A stretch of DNA of 63,761 nucleotides, counting the filler, from Raillietiella orientalis (Eukaryota): assembly GCA_036172245.1 (NCBI GenBank). It is 3 parts of 3 records of this genome, joined end to end, with 100 filler letters (N's around TTAATTAATTAA, not from the genome) between each part and the next. Parts side by side here need not be neighbours in the genome. Positions count along the whole stretch, not along the records: positions 1 to 23,581 come from JAYWIR010000226.1; 2 more parts are not named here. One strand, 5' to 3'. The notes under the pieces are model-generated. The model made no database searches, was not told where the DNA came from, and was given only the letters and a program-made list of their open reading frames with translations. The position numbers and the translations under genes were made by a program. Shown piece by piece: positions 1 to 12,491 of this stretch; the first letter of the stretch is position 1, and the number at the start of each line of letters is the position of its first letter.

Positions 1-3000
1 AAATTAATTATTGTCATTGCGGAAGGATTCCTCGCTTCGTCAAAACCCCTTCTATACCATGAAGATCACAATCTCTTGACTGCTCACCTTCTCCAGGATA
101 AAATTGAAATTCCACGGTTCTGTTTTATTCCACAATTACCTTCAGAACCTGAAAGTACTTGCGAGACAGTCCGAAATTCTATTGCTGGAAGTCAAAATTA
201 GCAAGATATCTTCTTTGCAGAGCGTGCAAGAGTTGATCTTCAGTATGATAAACGAAATGTAAAGCTCTGTGAATTGACCGTAGGTGCACGAGGGTACACC
301 TTTCCTGGGAACGAACACGTGCATTTTTCCGAAGGATGTTGGAATACCATGGAAGACAGAAACTCCGGCAGAGGCATTCCGCTGCAGAAATGTACCGCAG
401 CTACATTACCTAGACGTATACAGGACAGCATATTGCAAGGAATATCTGACCATGAAGAGTGATCTGAATCCGCGGCTTTGTTCATACATTCTCCGACAGC
501 GGAAAATCAAGTACAGTCTTGTTGGCACGAAAGTGGGAAGAAATTCGTAATAAATAATGAATTGGCTGCCTGAATGCAGCGTGTCAGTGCTCCGTGACAG
601 CAAACGGTAGCTCGCCGAAAACCTTCCCCATACATCGACATCTGCATATCGATGAACCTATATGAATCTGCTGTGTCGTTGTGGCCACATTTAAAATGCA
701 GTCTCCATAAATGCTTTTACTATCTAGGAAAAAAATCAGGTAGAGATTCGTTCAGCAGTAGACATTCCTCTCGAGTTAATCCAACCTTCAGGGAAGACGA
801 TCGACTTGCATTGCTGTTCAACGACGATGGTGCATGCAAGTGAACATTTGAAAGCTCGCCGGAACCGGACGATCCCAGCGAAAACGCAACAACCACGAGG
901 TCAACTCTTTTTCAAGAGATCCACTCCATTCCATGACATTCAACATGATGATAAGGGATGTGTAAGACAGTAGCTTATCGACGCTTATTCTCGAAGGACG
1001 CGATCTGCGTTGACACATGCAGCACGACAGTGTGCTCTTCAATCTCTTCCTTTGTCGGATGCGAACCTGCTGCCAACCTGTTCCTCGTTTGCTTTATCAC
1101 GACGGAAAGCGCTGTCTCCGACGGTGACGATCGTTCCTCATGTGCACAAAAAAGAACAACAAACGTTTCGGAGAAATTAGAAGCGAGATTAGAAAGTATC
1201 CATGATGACAACGGATGGAGAGAAATGATTTGATTCGGAGAGAGCATTAAAGAAAGCATTCAACCGTGCAGAAGACGTGCTTTCTAGATGGCATACCACC
1301 ATGAGATATTCGTGGAGAGCGTTGGGGCCTCTGCAGGTACGTGTTGACACTTTGGGATAAACGGGATTCGTGTCGATGAGAACCGCTGTGTAACGTAGGG
1401 ACGAAAGAACGAGAATAAACAACGAAGAGATTGCTGTGCCACTCACCCTACAGCCGCTTTCGCATGGCTCTTAAGATTAGTACGGGCGCGAGGCGTGCCG
1501 TGCCGAAATGCGAAACTTCTGCAGACGGAGACCTTTGTGTACACTGCAAGGCGCACCAGGGAACTCTGAGCGGGCGAGCCAACGCTTCCATCACCGCAGC
1601 AGTTTTCGGGCATCTCGGTGCCGCCTGGCCGCACTTCCTCACAGGTCCGATGTAGCCACCCGACCGCAATTCTCCTCGCAACTAACATGCTTTTCGATCC
1701 CTTTCTAATTCCTTTTCTTCCTGAGAGCTCTGCGTATCCCACGGGGAAAACTGAAACGGAGATGAGCTCTTCCCTGTACCGGAAACTATTGCTGTGCACC
1801 GTTTCCCTTGCGCACGGACATTCACATGCTTCCAGATGTGTGAACCTATTGGTTTCAGTATCTTTCAAGGAACACAGAACAAGCGACGCATTGAGGATAC
1901 ATTCACCTGTGTCGAGAATGGACTTTTCCATGCTTTTGTACAAACGAATCGAAAGTGTAAAATTTTTGGATACTCCGTCAAGTGTGATGAATGTCTCAAT
2001 CTCTGGTATTCTTATTGGTATACGCACTAAATAAACATGTCAAGAATGGAAATTAAGATAAGGATTTCCACCGAACATTAGTTTTTTAAGAAGTGTGCCA
2101 CTTCAGTTTCAGTTCAGAAAGAAATCCTCAAGGATTCCCGCCGCCACTCAGCAGTAGCTTGTCTTCGATTCAAGCATCGCTCAGGCTGTTTGTCTAGTTT
2201 CCTATCGACGCCGTTATGGAGGCAACAACCTTCAATGTTGAGAGTTAAGAGAGGAAGGATTTGATCCGCTTGCCCCAAGCGAACCAGGAAAACGGAGGTG
2301 TTCCTCTCGAAAGTTAGCGGTCACGAGTTCCTCGAGAGTTTGAGCTGATAATTCCGCATACGGCCAATCCGAAAACGTGACTCCTGCTTAGATGAAATTC
2401 TTTATCGTGCTAGGCCGCGTTGGAAGCTGTACAGCTCTACCATTTCAAACTAAAGGTTTGATCCGCTCATCTACTTTGGAAAACTATCATCTACCAAAGA
2501 AGATTCTTAACATTCGCCACATGTTGGCTCCGCGTATGTAGAACCGTTTTTGGTCTCCTTGCAAACCTTCTAGAAAGATTGTAAATCTAGGAACACAGGC
2601 AGACATCTTGCCATGATTTTGCTTCAATTGATGCGAAACTATATACAACACGTCCCAGCGACGAACTGCTTTCAAAAGGCAAACGACAAAACCTATGGTG
2701 TATGCACTATATTCCTGGAAGTAATCGGCTGCTTCATTTTCAAGCTATGCGATAAAAAAATGTTGTGAAAATGAGAATCTTGATATCCGTAGCTCATTTT
2801 CCGTAACTCGCATGGATAATGAAAGATTTGCTCAGTCACTTTTTTCCGCAAAAGGACTTTTCTCTGCGCCATTCTCGATTTCATCACGCAAGCTGTCCGC
2901 GAACGCAGTACATAGTTAGGAAGACTGCGCGGAAAGAGCACTTTCGCGACTTTCAAGCCAACGATCCCCCAAGGGCACCCCGTCGTTGCCAAGGAAGAGA

Positions 3001-4442
3001 GAAAAGAGCTAGGTAAGAGGAGAAGAAGCGGCTACATCGCGATAGAAATAAGAGAATGCTTCCTATCTCGTATGCACGACCAATGGAGTGACATCAAAGT
3101 GGGTAACAAGGCAAAAAGAGCATGACCGCTTTGACCACCAAGTGCCTCCGTCTTCTGGAATCTAGCCACGAAGTCAGCAGAGTACAGTATCGTGTGACTC
3201 CACGGATCGTTATTCTTAAGGCAAACAAATACGAAATTGACATCTGCCGCACCAAATCTCGATTTGGCAATTCACTTTGCTGCGTGGCAAAACTGGAAGC
3301 TGGATACCTCTTTCGGATCGCACAGAAATGGCTTTCCAGTGCTGCGGAGGATCTGCAGTCGAGATGTCCTCAAGGTATGGTTTAATGCGCTCTGCTCTAG
3401 AAACGAACTTGTTTTCTGAGGGATCACCATCCTTGCAGCAGTGTTGCTTACGAAATTGGAGAAGCTTTTCATGACGACACCACTATAGGCAGCGTAGACG
3501 CAAATCCTCTCGAGCTCATTAGCAATCCATGTGCCTGTAATCAAGAATTTACATTTTCTCAACCCACGTAGTATGGAGAGCATATGTAGTACACGTATAC
3601 GAAGTTCAGAAACATCAAAGTTACGTGTACATTGCTTCCATTAAATTGTATTGCTGTTGATATGGGTTTATGTAAATTGCATGCATATGAAGCCAGCGAA
3701 TGTGTACAGACTTTGTTAATGCCCGTATGGTGGAGAATCAGTCGGCAAAAAAGAGAAACGGTAAACTCCTGGAACGAGCAGAGCTAAAACTTGTCATTTG
3801 GTCTTCCGACTTTTTATGTCTGAACCAACTGTAGAAAAAATTTTCGAAGTATTGGGTGAATGACGCTGCTTTCGGTAACGCAAGCGCACAGTGAACGCGT
3901 TTGTTCAGAATTTATGAATCCTATGTGAATATCATCTTTCTTTTGCTATGTGTTTTGCGATGTACCCAACCAACCGAAACAGCAATCAGAACTTCATCTG
4001 CTAGCAATCGTAGCGTATAAGTCCATGCAAATTACAGAATGGGTTCCTGATATGTGGTTGTTAATAAATATTCATGCTCGTTTCTTCCTGAAGTTTATTT
4101 GCGTATTAATGAACATATCAATTTCACTTAAGATTTGCCGGCAGCTTTGATATCCGTAAACTCACGGAACTCCAGAATTCGGGAATGCGAACGAAACTCA
4201 AATGGCGACTCATCAAACAGAGGACGAACAAGATGAGAGGACGACACTCGTGCCAGCATTACGATTCCATTGCTTGTTCCGCTACTACAAAATCACAAAC
4301 CTGAAGAAGGGAACAAATGCCACTGGGGAACGAAGCTCCCGGCGAAGAAGTACTCACCTGAGATGGAAGACTAGCAGTAAACAGGGAACTAAAAAAAACC
4401 ACATCTCGCTCCCCATGAAACGCGATGTGGTTGGGGGTCTCC

Positions 4443-4946
4443 TCAGGGATCACTCTCGCTCGGAAGCATGCAGGCCGCATCCAGAAAACGAAGTACGCGA
4501 CGCCAGCATCGCGAAAGATGACTAGTAATGCAGAGAGAGCCATGACTCTTGTTAGCGGATCCGTGCTGCGTGGAGCGGCGTCCGCATGGACGCCGTTCCG
4601 CTTCGCTGCGGTCGAGCTCCGGCCGGCACGCGAGCGCGTCCATGGTGCCAGACAGCAGCTGCTGCTGATCCGGCTTCCGTGCTGCTGGGTGCTCCTGCAG
4701 ATGCTCCTGGTACCTCTTCGTCTGCACTGCTGGTATCTCCTCATGCAAGTCCTCCTGAACGGCGTAGCCCGCTAGAAGTTGCTCTATCAGCACCGCTCTT
4801 TGCTCTTCTTCGGGGACCTCGACGATGGTGTTAAGCTTCGTGCGGTATAGGAAATACAAGCGCAGGTAGCGTCTGTTCTGGATAAGGAGGCGAAGGTAGA
4901 TCCCGGTTTGCTTGCGCAGCGTGCGATTTGCTGATTTGTCCGGCAT
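4443..4946 (-). CDS. Hypothetical protein (basic N-terminus, LxxIxE+acidic motif, Q/E-rich tail), copy 1
   Basis: ATG-initiated frame MPDKSANRTLRKQTGIYLRLLIQNRRYLRLYFLYRTKLNTIVEVPEEEQ...; ATG and reading frame stay open in the diverged duplicate. No family recognised. Confidence 0.4.
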   Translation of the reverse strand: MPDKSANRTLRKQTGIYLRLLIQNRRYLRLYFLYRTKLNTIVEVPEEEQRAVLIEQLLAGYAVQEDLHEEIPAVQTKRYQEHLQEHPAARKPDQQQLLSGTMDALACRPELDRSEAERRPCGRRSTQHGSANKSHGSLCITSHLSRCWRRVLRFLDAACMLPSESDP

Positions 4947-7900
4947 GCCTGGAAGAAAAAATAATAAAAACAAACATGAATCCACTTTGCGTCACGGAGG
5001 GCGTTCAGCTGTCACACAGGTGGGCAAGGTTGTGGCGATTTTCCGTGCACAGGTCGCGAGCGTTGTACGGAAAGTTTGGCTTCTTCCGCGGTCGAATGGC
5101 CGCGAAAGCGCGTTCGCCCGCGCGCGGCCTGCCCTCTGGCACAATCCGCAGCCGCAAGCCGCAGCCGAACGCTCACAGGGGTGTTCACCGTGAGCAAGGT
5201 CGGCCAGCGTTCCTCTGGCCGCGCACTCCCTACTGCTGGCCGATGTCCTCTTGCACGGTGGTACTCACTGCTGGAGGCTTGCGTCGATATTAGAGCCTGA
5301 TGGTGCGTCTTGCGTGCAGTCAAAACGTTCCAAGAACAATCAACTTACAGTACGCGAGACAAGAGAGAACGCAGTCCGTCGTCGACTGAAAGCATTTCTC
5401 GAATGCTGTAAATTTCGAATCCGTGATCCACCAATGGAATGATGGACCACGATGCCATGATGTGTGTCGTCACGGCAGCGAGACCAATGTTCTGCTGGAC
5501 ATGAGTGCAGCTAACGTTGGCGCGACCGGCGTTCCGCGGGCAGCGAACCGCTCCTGCGCGCTCGCGTGCAGCTGACGAGCCGCTTACGCTGTATCTCAGT
5601 CAGTTGTGGGCCGCCGAGAACGAAGCACTGCGCCCGCCTCCGCGTTGCGACCGCGAACGCGTATGTGGGATCTCGTTGTAGAAGGCGCTCCATGAGGGTC
5701 TCTTGTGGCTGCTGTAATGCCGCGACGTACGGTATAGCTACGCAGTTGCCACGAGAAGTTTTCGTTGCGTCGCAGCATGGGACCGCATTTACACTGCGAA
5801 TCGATTGCACTCTTATTCCAGAATTTTGCAATTTTACCATTAGTGTTGTTGCCGAATTCACTTGAATTTATTTTTGAATGGAGGAATTGTGAAATGATTG
5901 GAAGCGAATCCTTCACAAAGTTCCCTCCTTTCCAGCGTTACGACCAAGCGAATTCAAATTCATGACTGTTTTAACGTTTTATCCCGAGAGATAGTGGGAT
6001 GCACGCTACTGTTAAAGATAAGTATAAAGGCTTTGTGGTTACGGCATCCGCGCGTGGCACGATGCGTCGCGGGATCGAATACTATGGCAGCAAATGACGC
6101 AACTGCGTCGTTGGGTTCCGAGTTTCTCCTGCAATGGCGATGGTTGTCCGATGATATTCCGGCGAGGCATCGGTGGTCGTTTAAGCCGGAGACCCCTCAT
6201 GAAGGCCGGAACAATGGCAGTCGAACTTCGAGTCCTTTCACGAATCCAGGGAGTGGGAAGTTTCCCATCCGCTAGTACAACGGACAGCAGACCACTTAGC
6301 GTGGGTCAAATCCGATTCTTCGCCACATTTCAGAGTGCAATGTGAGGAACATGGAGCAAGAACACGCAAGGGCTTCTCTCCTAGTCGTTAGCTGGAGCGG
6401 ACCGCCCTCAGCGGTGGTACCCTTCCATTCATGCTCTTCAGAAAAAACATGGAGCAGCAGCCCTCGCGGGATTAACACAAGGAAGCAAGCTTGAGCGATT
6501 ACCTACAAGAAAGCCCAGAGCAGCTTCTGAGTTTCCGAAGCGTGCTTTCGGGGTTCATTTCAGAAGAGTGAACAAAAACGCTTCCATTGCGTTTTCCCTC
6601 CGAAGAAGAAATTCTCCCAAGCCGATTCTTTCTGGGTTCCCTTCGGAGAACTTGAAATGGAGAGGACCACCAGACGCAAGGGAAATGAGCCTTCGAAGAA
6701 GTTGAAATGAGACAATTTCAAATCGAGTGGACCTCCCTGTTCATTAGGGAAATAGGGTGCTTCCGGAGAGAAAGTGAAAGGAGACAACTTGGGTGGGAGG
6801 TGAGATCCCCATGGGTGAGAGAGGAACGGACAACGAGATCTTTCTGGATTCATATCCATAGCTCCTTCTGGGGTGCTCCATCTTGTAGAAAACATCGGCC
6901 CTTGCCTTAGACGGAGAGCCGTGGTAACAAAACACTGTGTTCAAAAAAGTAACGTGCGCCTTACGGCACGCGAGAGGCTCATGAGGCACATTTCACGGAC
7001 GGAAACAAAGAAAACTGGAGAAGAAAAGAACGAACAAATTAGGCAAACTCTAGGATTAGTGTGGCTTTCCAGTAACAAGGAAAGAAAGTTAAAAACGGAA
7101 CCACATTGAAAAGAGAACGGAAAATCTAGTGTTACAGGCGCACAGTGGAGAGAACCGTCATCTTGCTGATTGCGAATTCATATGAATCGAGACTGTTCAT
7201 CACCTGCAGCCCACCTACATACCTGAGAAAGGGTTCCCCGAAACTTAACAGTTCGGTTCTCGGATCATCTAGGCGTCAATGAAGAAATGTACTTCCGCAG
7301 TAAGGATTAAGACACTTCAGGCTGTTTGTGACCAAGCCGCTTATGAATCGCGCAACAACCGTCCGATGATGCGAACATTGCAGCAGTTGGAGAAAGCTGA
7401 GGGAAAATCGCCGATCTTTGATTCCATGAGTTGCTGATGAGAGACCGAATTTTTCGTCAGAATGCAAAGCGACTCATTATCCGCATCTACGGCGAGAAAA
7501 CCGCCAGAGTGCTGACACATCAATATGCACAGTTAAACGCAGGGGTACAAAGAAATCGACGCATACATTTTTCAGCAGCAAGAATCCGTTGATATGAATA
7601 AATGCATGTGAGCATCGGAATCGTGTCTTGAGTTCCATCGACTATGATAACCAAAAGATCAAGTCAATCATCGCACTTGGTACATGAAATTTTGAGTTCA
7701 TTCGCAATCCAAGGCACGCATGTTGCTTTGCAGCAATCAAGAACGGTGAAAGTACTGGTAGAAACAGAAAGACCATAAAGTATTGACACATTTGTTCCAC
7801 CATATGTATTCAAGTTGATGATAATCAGCTGTTGGTGAGATAGTCCGCGAGTGAAAATCATATCGCCATCAGCAGCCTGCTATCAACCAGACAGAAATAG

Positions 7901-9360
7901 CGTCATATCGAGGGATGGATGGCGCACATCCAGCACTTCAGAAGTCCCTTAACGTCCAATAGAGAGTTTGCGAGCAGCGTGTTCCAATGTCGAAGAAACT
8001 TGCATGAAACATTGCGGGTGGTGACTTCCTTAAGTGACGAGTTGTCTCTATGCACCCAAAAGATTGCGTTTTGCGTCGGTGGAGCGCCTTATTTCCACAC
8101 TTCTTCATCTCAGCACCAGGTTGCTGGATATCTGGACAGCAGCAAAAGTACGTGCAGAGAGCGGAGTTGGTTCGCAACATGTTCTTGCGTGTGAAAACTC
8201 CCAAGTGATTTGCTGTAAGCGCGCCTTTTGTTCGGTTACGTACAGGGACCAGAAACAGCACCTTTGTGCGATGACGGATCGCAGCGTAATAGGGTAGCTC
8301 TACAGAATGTTCCAACTTTTCCAGAGCATCTATTGCGAATCGACCATGGCTGCAAACCAATTTACTAAGAGACCGCTTCCGACTATGAGACCCAACAAAT
8401 TGTTGGGTGCTTCTGGAAGCAAAATCCGTCGGGAGATTCCACATTTGCTAGAGAACACCAGCATCTTCAGCGTCTACGTAAGCTGAAGTTTCACCCCTTC
8501 GTCACACGAAAACAAAGCATCAAGATGCGAAAGACAGTGGCCGTTGTAAACGTTATGAGCATCTCGAAACAAGTGAACCCTGCAGAGCAGCAACTGAGCA
8601 CCTGGTTTCTCCAGATATTCTAAAGCGCTGCCATTTACGCCCGAGAAACTCGAGACCAAGTGCCTGCTGCAGGGTGGATTAAGCATCCGCTGCTTGCTGT
8701 AAGTGGAACGTCAAATCCCTGAAGAGCGCCTGATCTCGATGGAATATGCATCCGAGTGTGTTTCTCGCGAACACGAGGTAATGCAGGATACAATGAAGTG
8801 CACAGAAAAGTTCAGGTCTCAAAATCGCGAAAAGTGGAACCAAGAATGTGTGTTGGAAGTATGCAATTCTTGTTGACATTCTCGAGTACCTCACGTAAGC
8901 TATGACCATTTCAGAAAGCGAGAACCACAGCAAATCAGCAACTGCTTTTCTCTAGGACAGCATGAAACTCGTTCCCTGCATACGTGCGTCAACTGTAGCT
9001 ATCCATACGGCAAGGCTCACTGCTTCTGCCCATGAGCAAAAGCAGCAATTGGCGTGAAGGGAAAATAGATCGTCGAAGCACAGTGCCAACGTACATTCAC
9101 GTAAGACCACATCGGGGTGGTCATTAGAAGCCCACCAAGACTTGTGTCTACATGGATCACGGGTCATTCACATGCAACTTCAAGTGGCGCTGCAACTGGT
9201 AAGAAACTGGCAAGGGGAGGATTACCATTGCCAAAATCCTCATTCTTCATCCTTTGCACATCGAGAATTAGAAAAAAGCCAACAGCCAAAGTACCCATAA
9301 AGAAAGAGCATCAGCGACATAATCATTATCTCTCTCTATTATTCTCTATCAATAATTTCA

Positions 9361-9416
9361 GCATTCATAGTTTAATTAAAACATTGATTTATTAAATCAA
9401 AAATAAATTTAATGCA
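9361..9416 (+). tRNA. trnT: Mitochondrial-type tRNA-Thr pseudogene lacking the T-arm (NUMT copy 1, anticodon mutated)
   Basis: GCATTCA..TTAATGC acceptor stem, GTTT/AAAC D-stem, TTGAT/ATCAA anticodon stem, short TV-replacement loop. Loop reads TT-ATT-AA here but TT-TGT-AA in copy 2. Confidence 0.75.
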
Positions 9417-9461
9417 ATAACCTTTCATCAAGAAATAATTCTTTAACACCCAAAATTACTA

Positions 9462-10412
9462 TTCTCATAAACTAATTCTTGACATCACATACCCCCTCAT
9501 TCTTACCATCAAATCATACCCACTCATTCTTACCATCGCTACTTTCTCTCCCCACAATAAGAAATAAAACACACAATATAATGAAACACCCCAACACAGA
9601 TATATCTACTTACCATAACGATAACGAGGCAATACCCCTCGTAATCAAATAATCACATACATTACAAATAAAGTTTTGATTCTCAGCATATAACAACCTC
9701 CTAAAAATAAACAACTCGTTTTCAACCTTCAATAAACGATAAATCCATATTCCGGCAAAAATAAAAAAACAAACAATACACCACCATACTGCGCATTATA
9801 ACCAGTCACCAACTCAGATTCCCTTTCTGAAAAATCATACGGTAAACGATTAACTTCTACTAAACATAGAACACTACATACAATTAATCCACCCGCCATA
9901 CAAAATACTAAGCATTCCTCTAACTCCACATCTAATTGATATCCACCCAAACACACTACTATACCCATTAATACAACAATCATACATACTTCATAAGAAA
10001 TCATTTTAGCTACTGAACGCATCACACCAACAGAACTATATTTCCTATTACTGGCTCAGCCACCCATTAATACTCCATATATCCTCCCTGTTGAATAACA
10101 CACAAACAACATTAAACTTATCATTCCCCCCACTAATCCCCAACTTCTAGCATGAATCACTCACATTCCTACCATCACTGACACCATAATCAACGAAACC
10201 AACTTATAATCAACTTTATTTCTATCCATTAAATAAAAATGTTCCTTATTCAACAATTTTGAACCATCAACAATAGGCTGAAAAATACCAACCCCTACTT
10301 TACCCGGCCTCTAGCGTCCTTGTACTCCTCCTAAAACCTTACGCTCAACCAAAGTCACGAAAGACACACTAACCAATACCATTCACATCGCAAATGTTCT
10401 TTGAATAATCAT
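9462..10412 (-). pseudogene. nad1: NUMT: NADH dehydrogenase subunit 1 pseudogene
   Basis: Invertebrate mito-code translation gives FVTLVERKVLG, GIFQPIVDG, GWASNSKYS, MRSVAKMISYEV, EVNRLPYDFSESESELVTGYN, LRGVLPRYRY. In-frame TAG at ~10311 and ~9607. 3' boundary approximate. Confidence 0.95.
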
Positions 10413-10489
10413 TAACACGTTCATCTTTCAAAACATCTGAACTTTCCAAACATTAATATTAAGAAACTCTAACTACTCAAAGAATTCTT

Positions 10490-11310
10490 TAAATCATGGA
10501 TATTAAAATTTTTCTTCACCCATAAAATATTTTAACTTTCCAATCCTTTCGTACTAAGAAAATACATCGTAATTTAAAGATTTAAACCAATCAGGCTTAC
10601 GCCCATCTGAACTCAAATCATGTAGGATTTAAGACAGTCTTGCTTAATACAATCTTTCATTCAGGTTATCAATGAAATAACTAACTAGTATGCTACCTTA
10701 GTACAGTCAATATACTGCAGCTGTTTATTATATACCGGGCAGATTATACCTTACATTATTCATAAGGAAATGTTTTTAAGAAATAGTTGAAACAAATTTT
10801 TGCCTAATTCCTTATAATATTCCCACTTCACAATTTAATCTTACCTAAGATGTTAGTAATTGAAACATTATTTCACATAAATTATTTTTAATTACATTAG
10901 ATTACCATAATACTTTAAAAATCAACATTAACTTAGTATTAAAACTTTGTAATAGCTACTTCAATGCTCCTAATTTATACCTGTTATTATATTTATAAAT
11001 AAATTAAGTTTATCCCCAATTTTTACTTACTAATAATTAGAACTATTAATTTGTCAGCATATCACCCCTAAATAAAATTCCGCTATATTTTGTTACATAC
11101 AACAATCATTTTATTTAACTCATTAACATTCAAACATTAAATATAAATTTTCAATTGATTCCACACTGATACAAAAGGTAATTAATTTTAATACTTTATC
11201 ACTATTAATTGACTGTCGTATTCAGTACTTTTCACTATCATTATAAAATAAAATTTCTTACTAATAATCTCATACTCAAACTTAACCAAATTTTAAATAA
11301 TTATCAACTT
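10490..11310 (-). rRNA. rrnL: NUMT: mitochondrial 16S rRNA pseudogene with internal deletion
   Basis: Reverse-strand landmarks CCTTTCGTACTAA, TCTGAACTCAAATCATGTA, TATGCTACCTTAGTACAGTCAA-TACTGCAGC, CTGATACAAAAGGTA. Much of domain V is missing at ~10632. Confidence 0.9.
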
Positions 11311-11350
11311 CAAGCCAATCGTTACTTCTACTAGTAAATTACCCATTTGC
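11311..11350 (-). tRNA. trnV: Probable truncated mitochondrial tRNA-Val remnant
   Basis: Lies between rrnL and rrnS, the ancestral trnV position; minus strand has a TT-TAC-TA loop; stems pair poorly. Confidence 0.45.
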
Positions 11351-12050
11351 CTAGATACACCTTCCGGTACATCTACTATATTACGACTTATCTAATATTA
11401 TATCAGAGCGACGGGCGATTTGAATTTAATGATTGTTAAATTCAACTTGCTCTTCTTAAACAAATTTACAATTAAATCCTATTTCAATTCAACACATCCA
11501 AATTTAAGATAACGTAGTACACAAATCATTCTTTTTTATACTGCATCTTGATTAGCACTCTTAATTACAATCTATTTAGAAAATTAATTACTCTTAAATA
11601 AACGAATCAACGATATACAAACACTAGAAAAAGGAAGTTCCTCGCGGATTACCGTTTACTAAGCAAACTCCTCTAATAATTCTCATTACCACCAATTCAT
11701 ATAAGTCCCCTTCCCTTTATTTTTTAATATCCAGCATTTATATTAGAGTATCTAATTCTCTTTTATTTATAATAGCTTATTAAAAACCAATAACCTCCTA
11801 TCGAACCAAAAGTTCTCATATTAAATTAATAAAACATTAATGTTAATTTAACTTTCACGTTTAACCGCTATTGCTGGCACGCATATTCATAAAACATTAA
11901 ATCATTACTAATTCAAATCCCTTTTAGAATTAAAATTAAATACTATGTATCTGCTTTTAAAATTTATACATACCTTATTATTCCAATTAACACTAAACCT
12001 CATGCAAAAATTATTACTAATAGCCTTTAACGTAAAGCATAATTCAATCC
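11351..12050 (-). rRNA. rrnS: NUMT: mitochondrial 12S rRNA pseudogene
   Basis: Landmarks CACCTTCCGGTACATCTACT..TTACGACTTATCT, GAGCGACGGGCGAT, GTATCTAAT, TTAACCGC..TGCTGGCAC. 5' boundary approximate. Confidence 0.92.
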
Positions 12051-12491
12051 CAAATTTAATTTCTGTCATATTAGTATAAATAAAGAAATTTTCCTTTTTG
12101 ATGTAAACAAAATATTCATTAAACTATTTCTTTTTATGAAAAATGAATCGTGAATTCATTTTTTTTAAATTAAAAATATTTAGGAAATTATTTTATTTTA
12201 CTAACTGAGGATAATATATTTCAAAATAATAACAATAAATGATTGTTATATAAAACATTTGGGGTTAAGTATAAATCAAAGAATATTCTTTTTACACTCA
12301 AAATTGAATATAACTATTACAATAGATGTCAGGTGTAAAATTTATATTTTATTATGATGAATAATCAATGGATTTCAATATTTTTATGCTACATTATACA
12401 GAATATGTATGCATAATGAAAGATGTTAAATATAATTATACATATTCATATGCATTTGTACATATATATTTATATATATGTACATATGTAT
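12050..12491. other. NUMT: AT-rich control-region-like segment
   Basis: Very AT-rich, follows rrnS, has a poly-T run and a (TA)n hairpin TACATATATATTTATATATATGTA near 12459-12482; abrupt return to ~45% GC at ~12492. Confidence 0.65.

Larger units (their letters stand above)
1..12491. repeat. Tandem segmental duplication, copy 1 (left end outside window), includes NUMT
   Basis: Colinear with copy 2 throughout: GCGGAAGGATTCCTCGC at ~20 and ~12770; ORF pairs 406/13163, 4443/17188, 6873/19886, 7919/20932; CTTTCGTACTAA at ~10547 and ~23557. Offset grows from ~12750 to ~13010 through indels. Confidence 0.95.

Noticed and set aside
8680..9200. Cys-rich frame resembling a viral glycoprotein (EECVLEVCNSC, CVNCSY)
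   Set aside because: Stops in both copies and no diagnostic fusion-protein cysteine pattern; insufficient evidence.
10413..10490. trnL/trnS2 between nad1 and rrnL
   Set aside because: TTTGAAA and (in copy 2) CTTAGAA loop-like words exist on the minus strand, but I could not fold convincing stems.
9361..12491. Genuine mitochondrial genome
   Set aside because: In-frame stops, the rrnL domain deletion, a mutated anticodon, and embedding in duplicated nuclear-like DNA.
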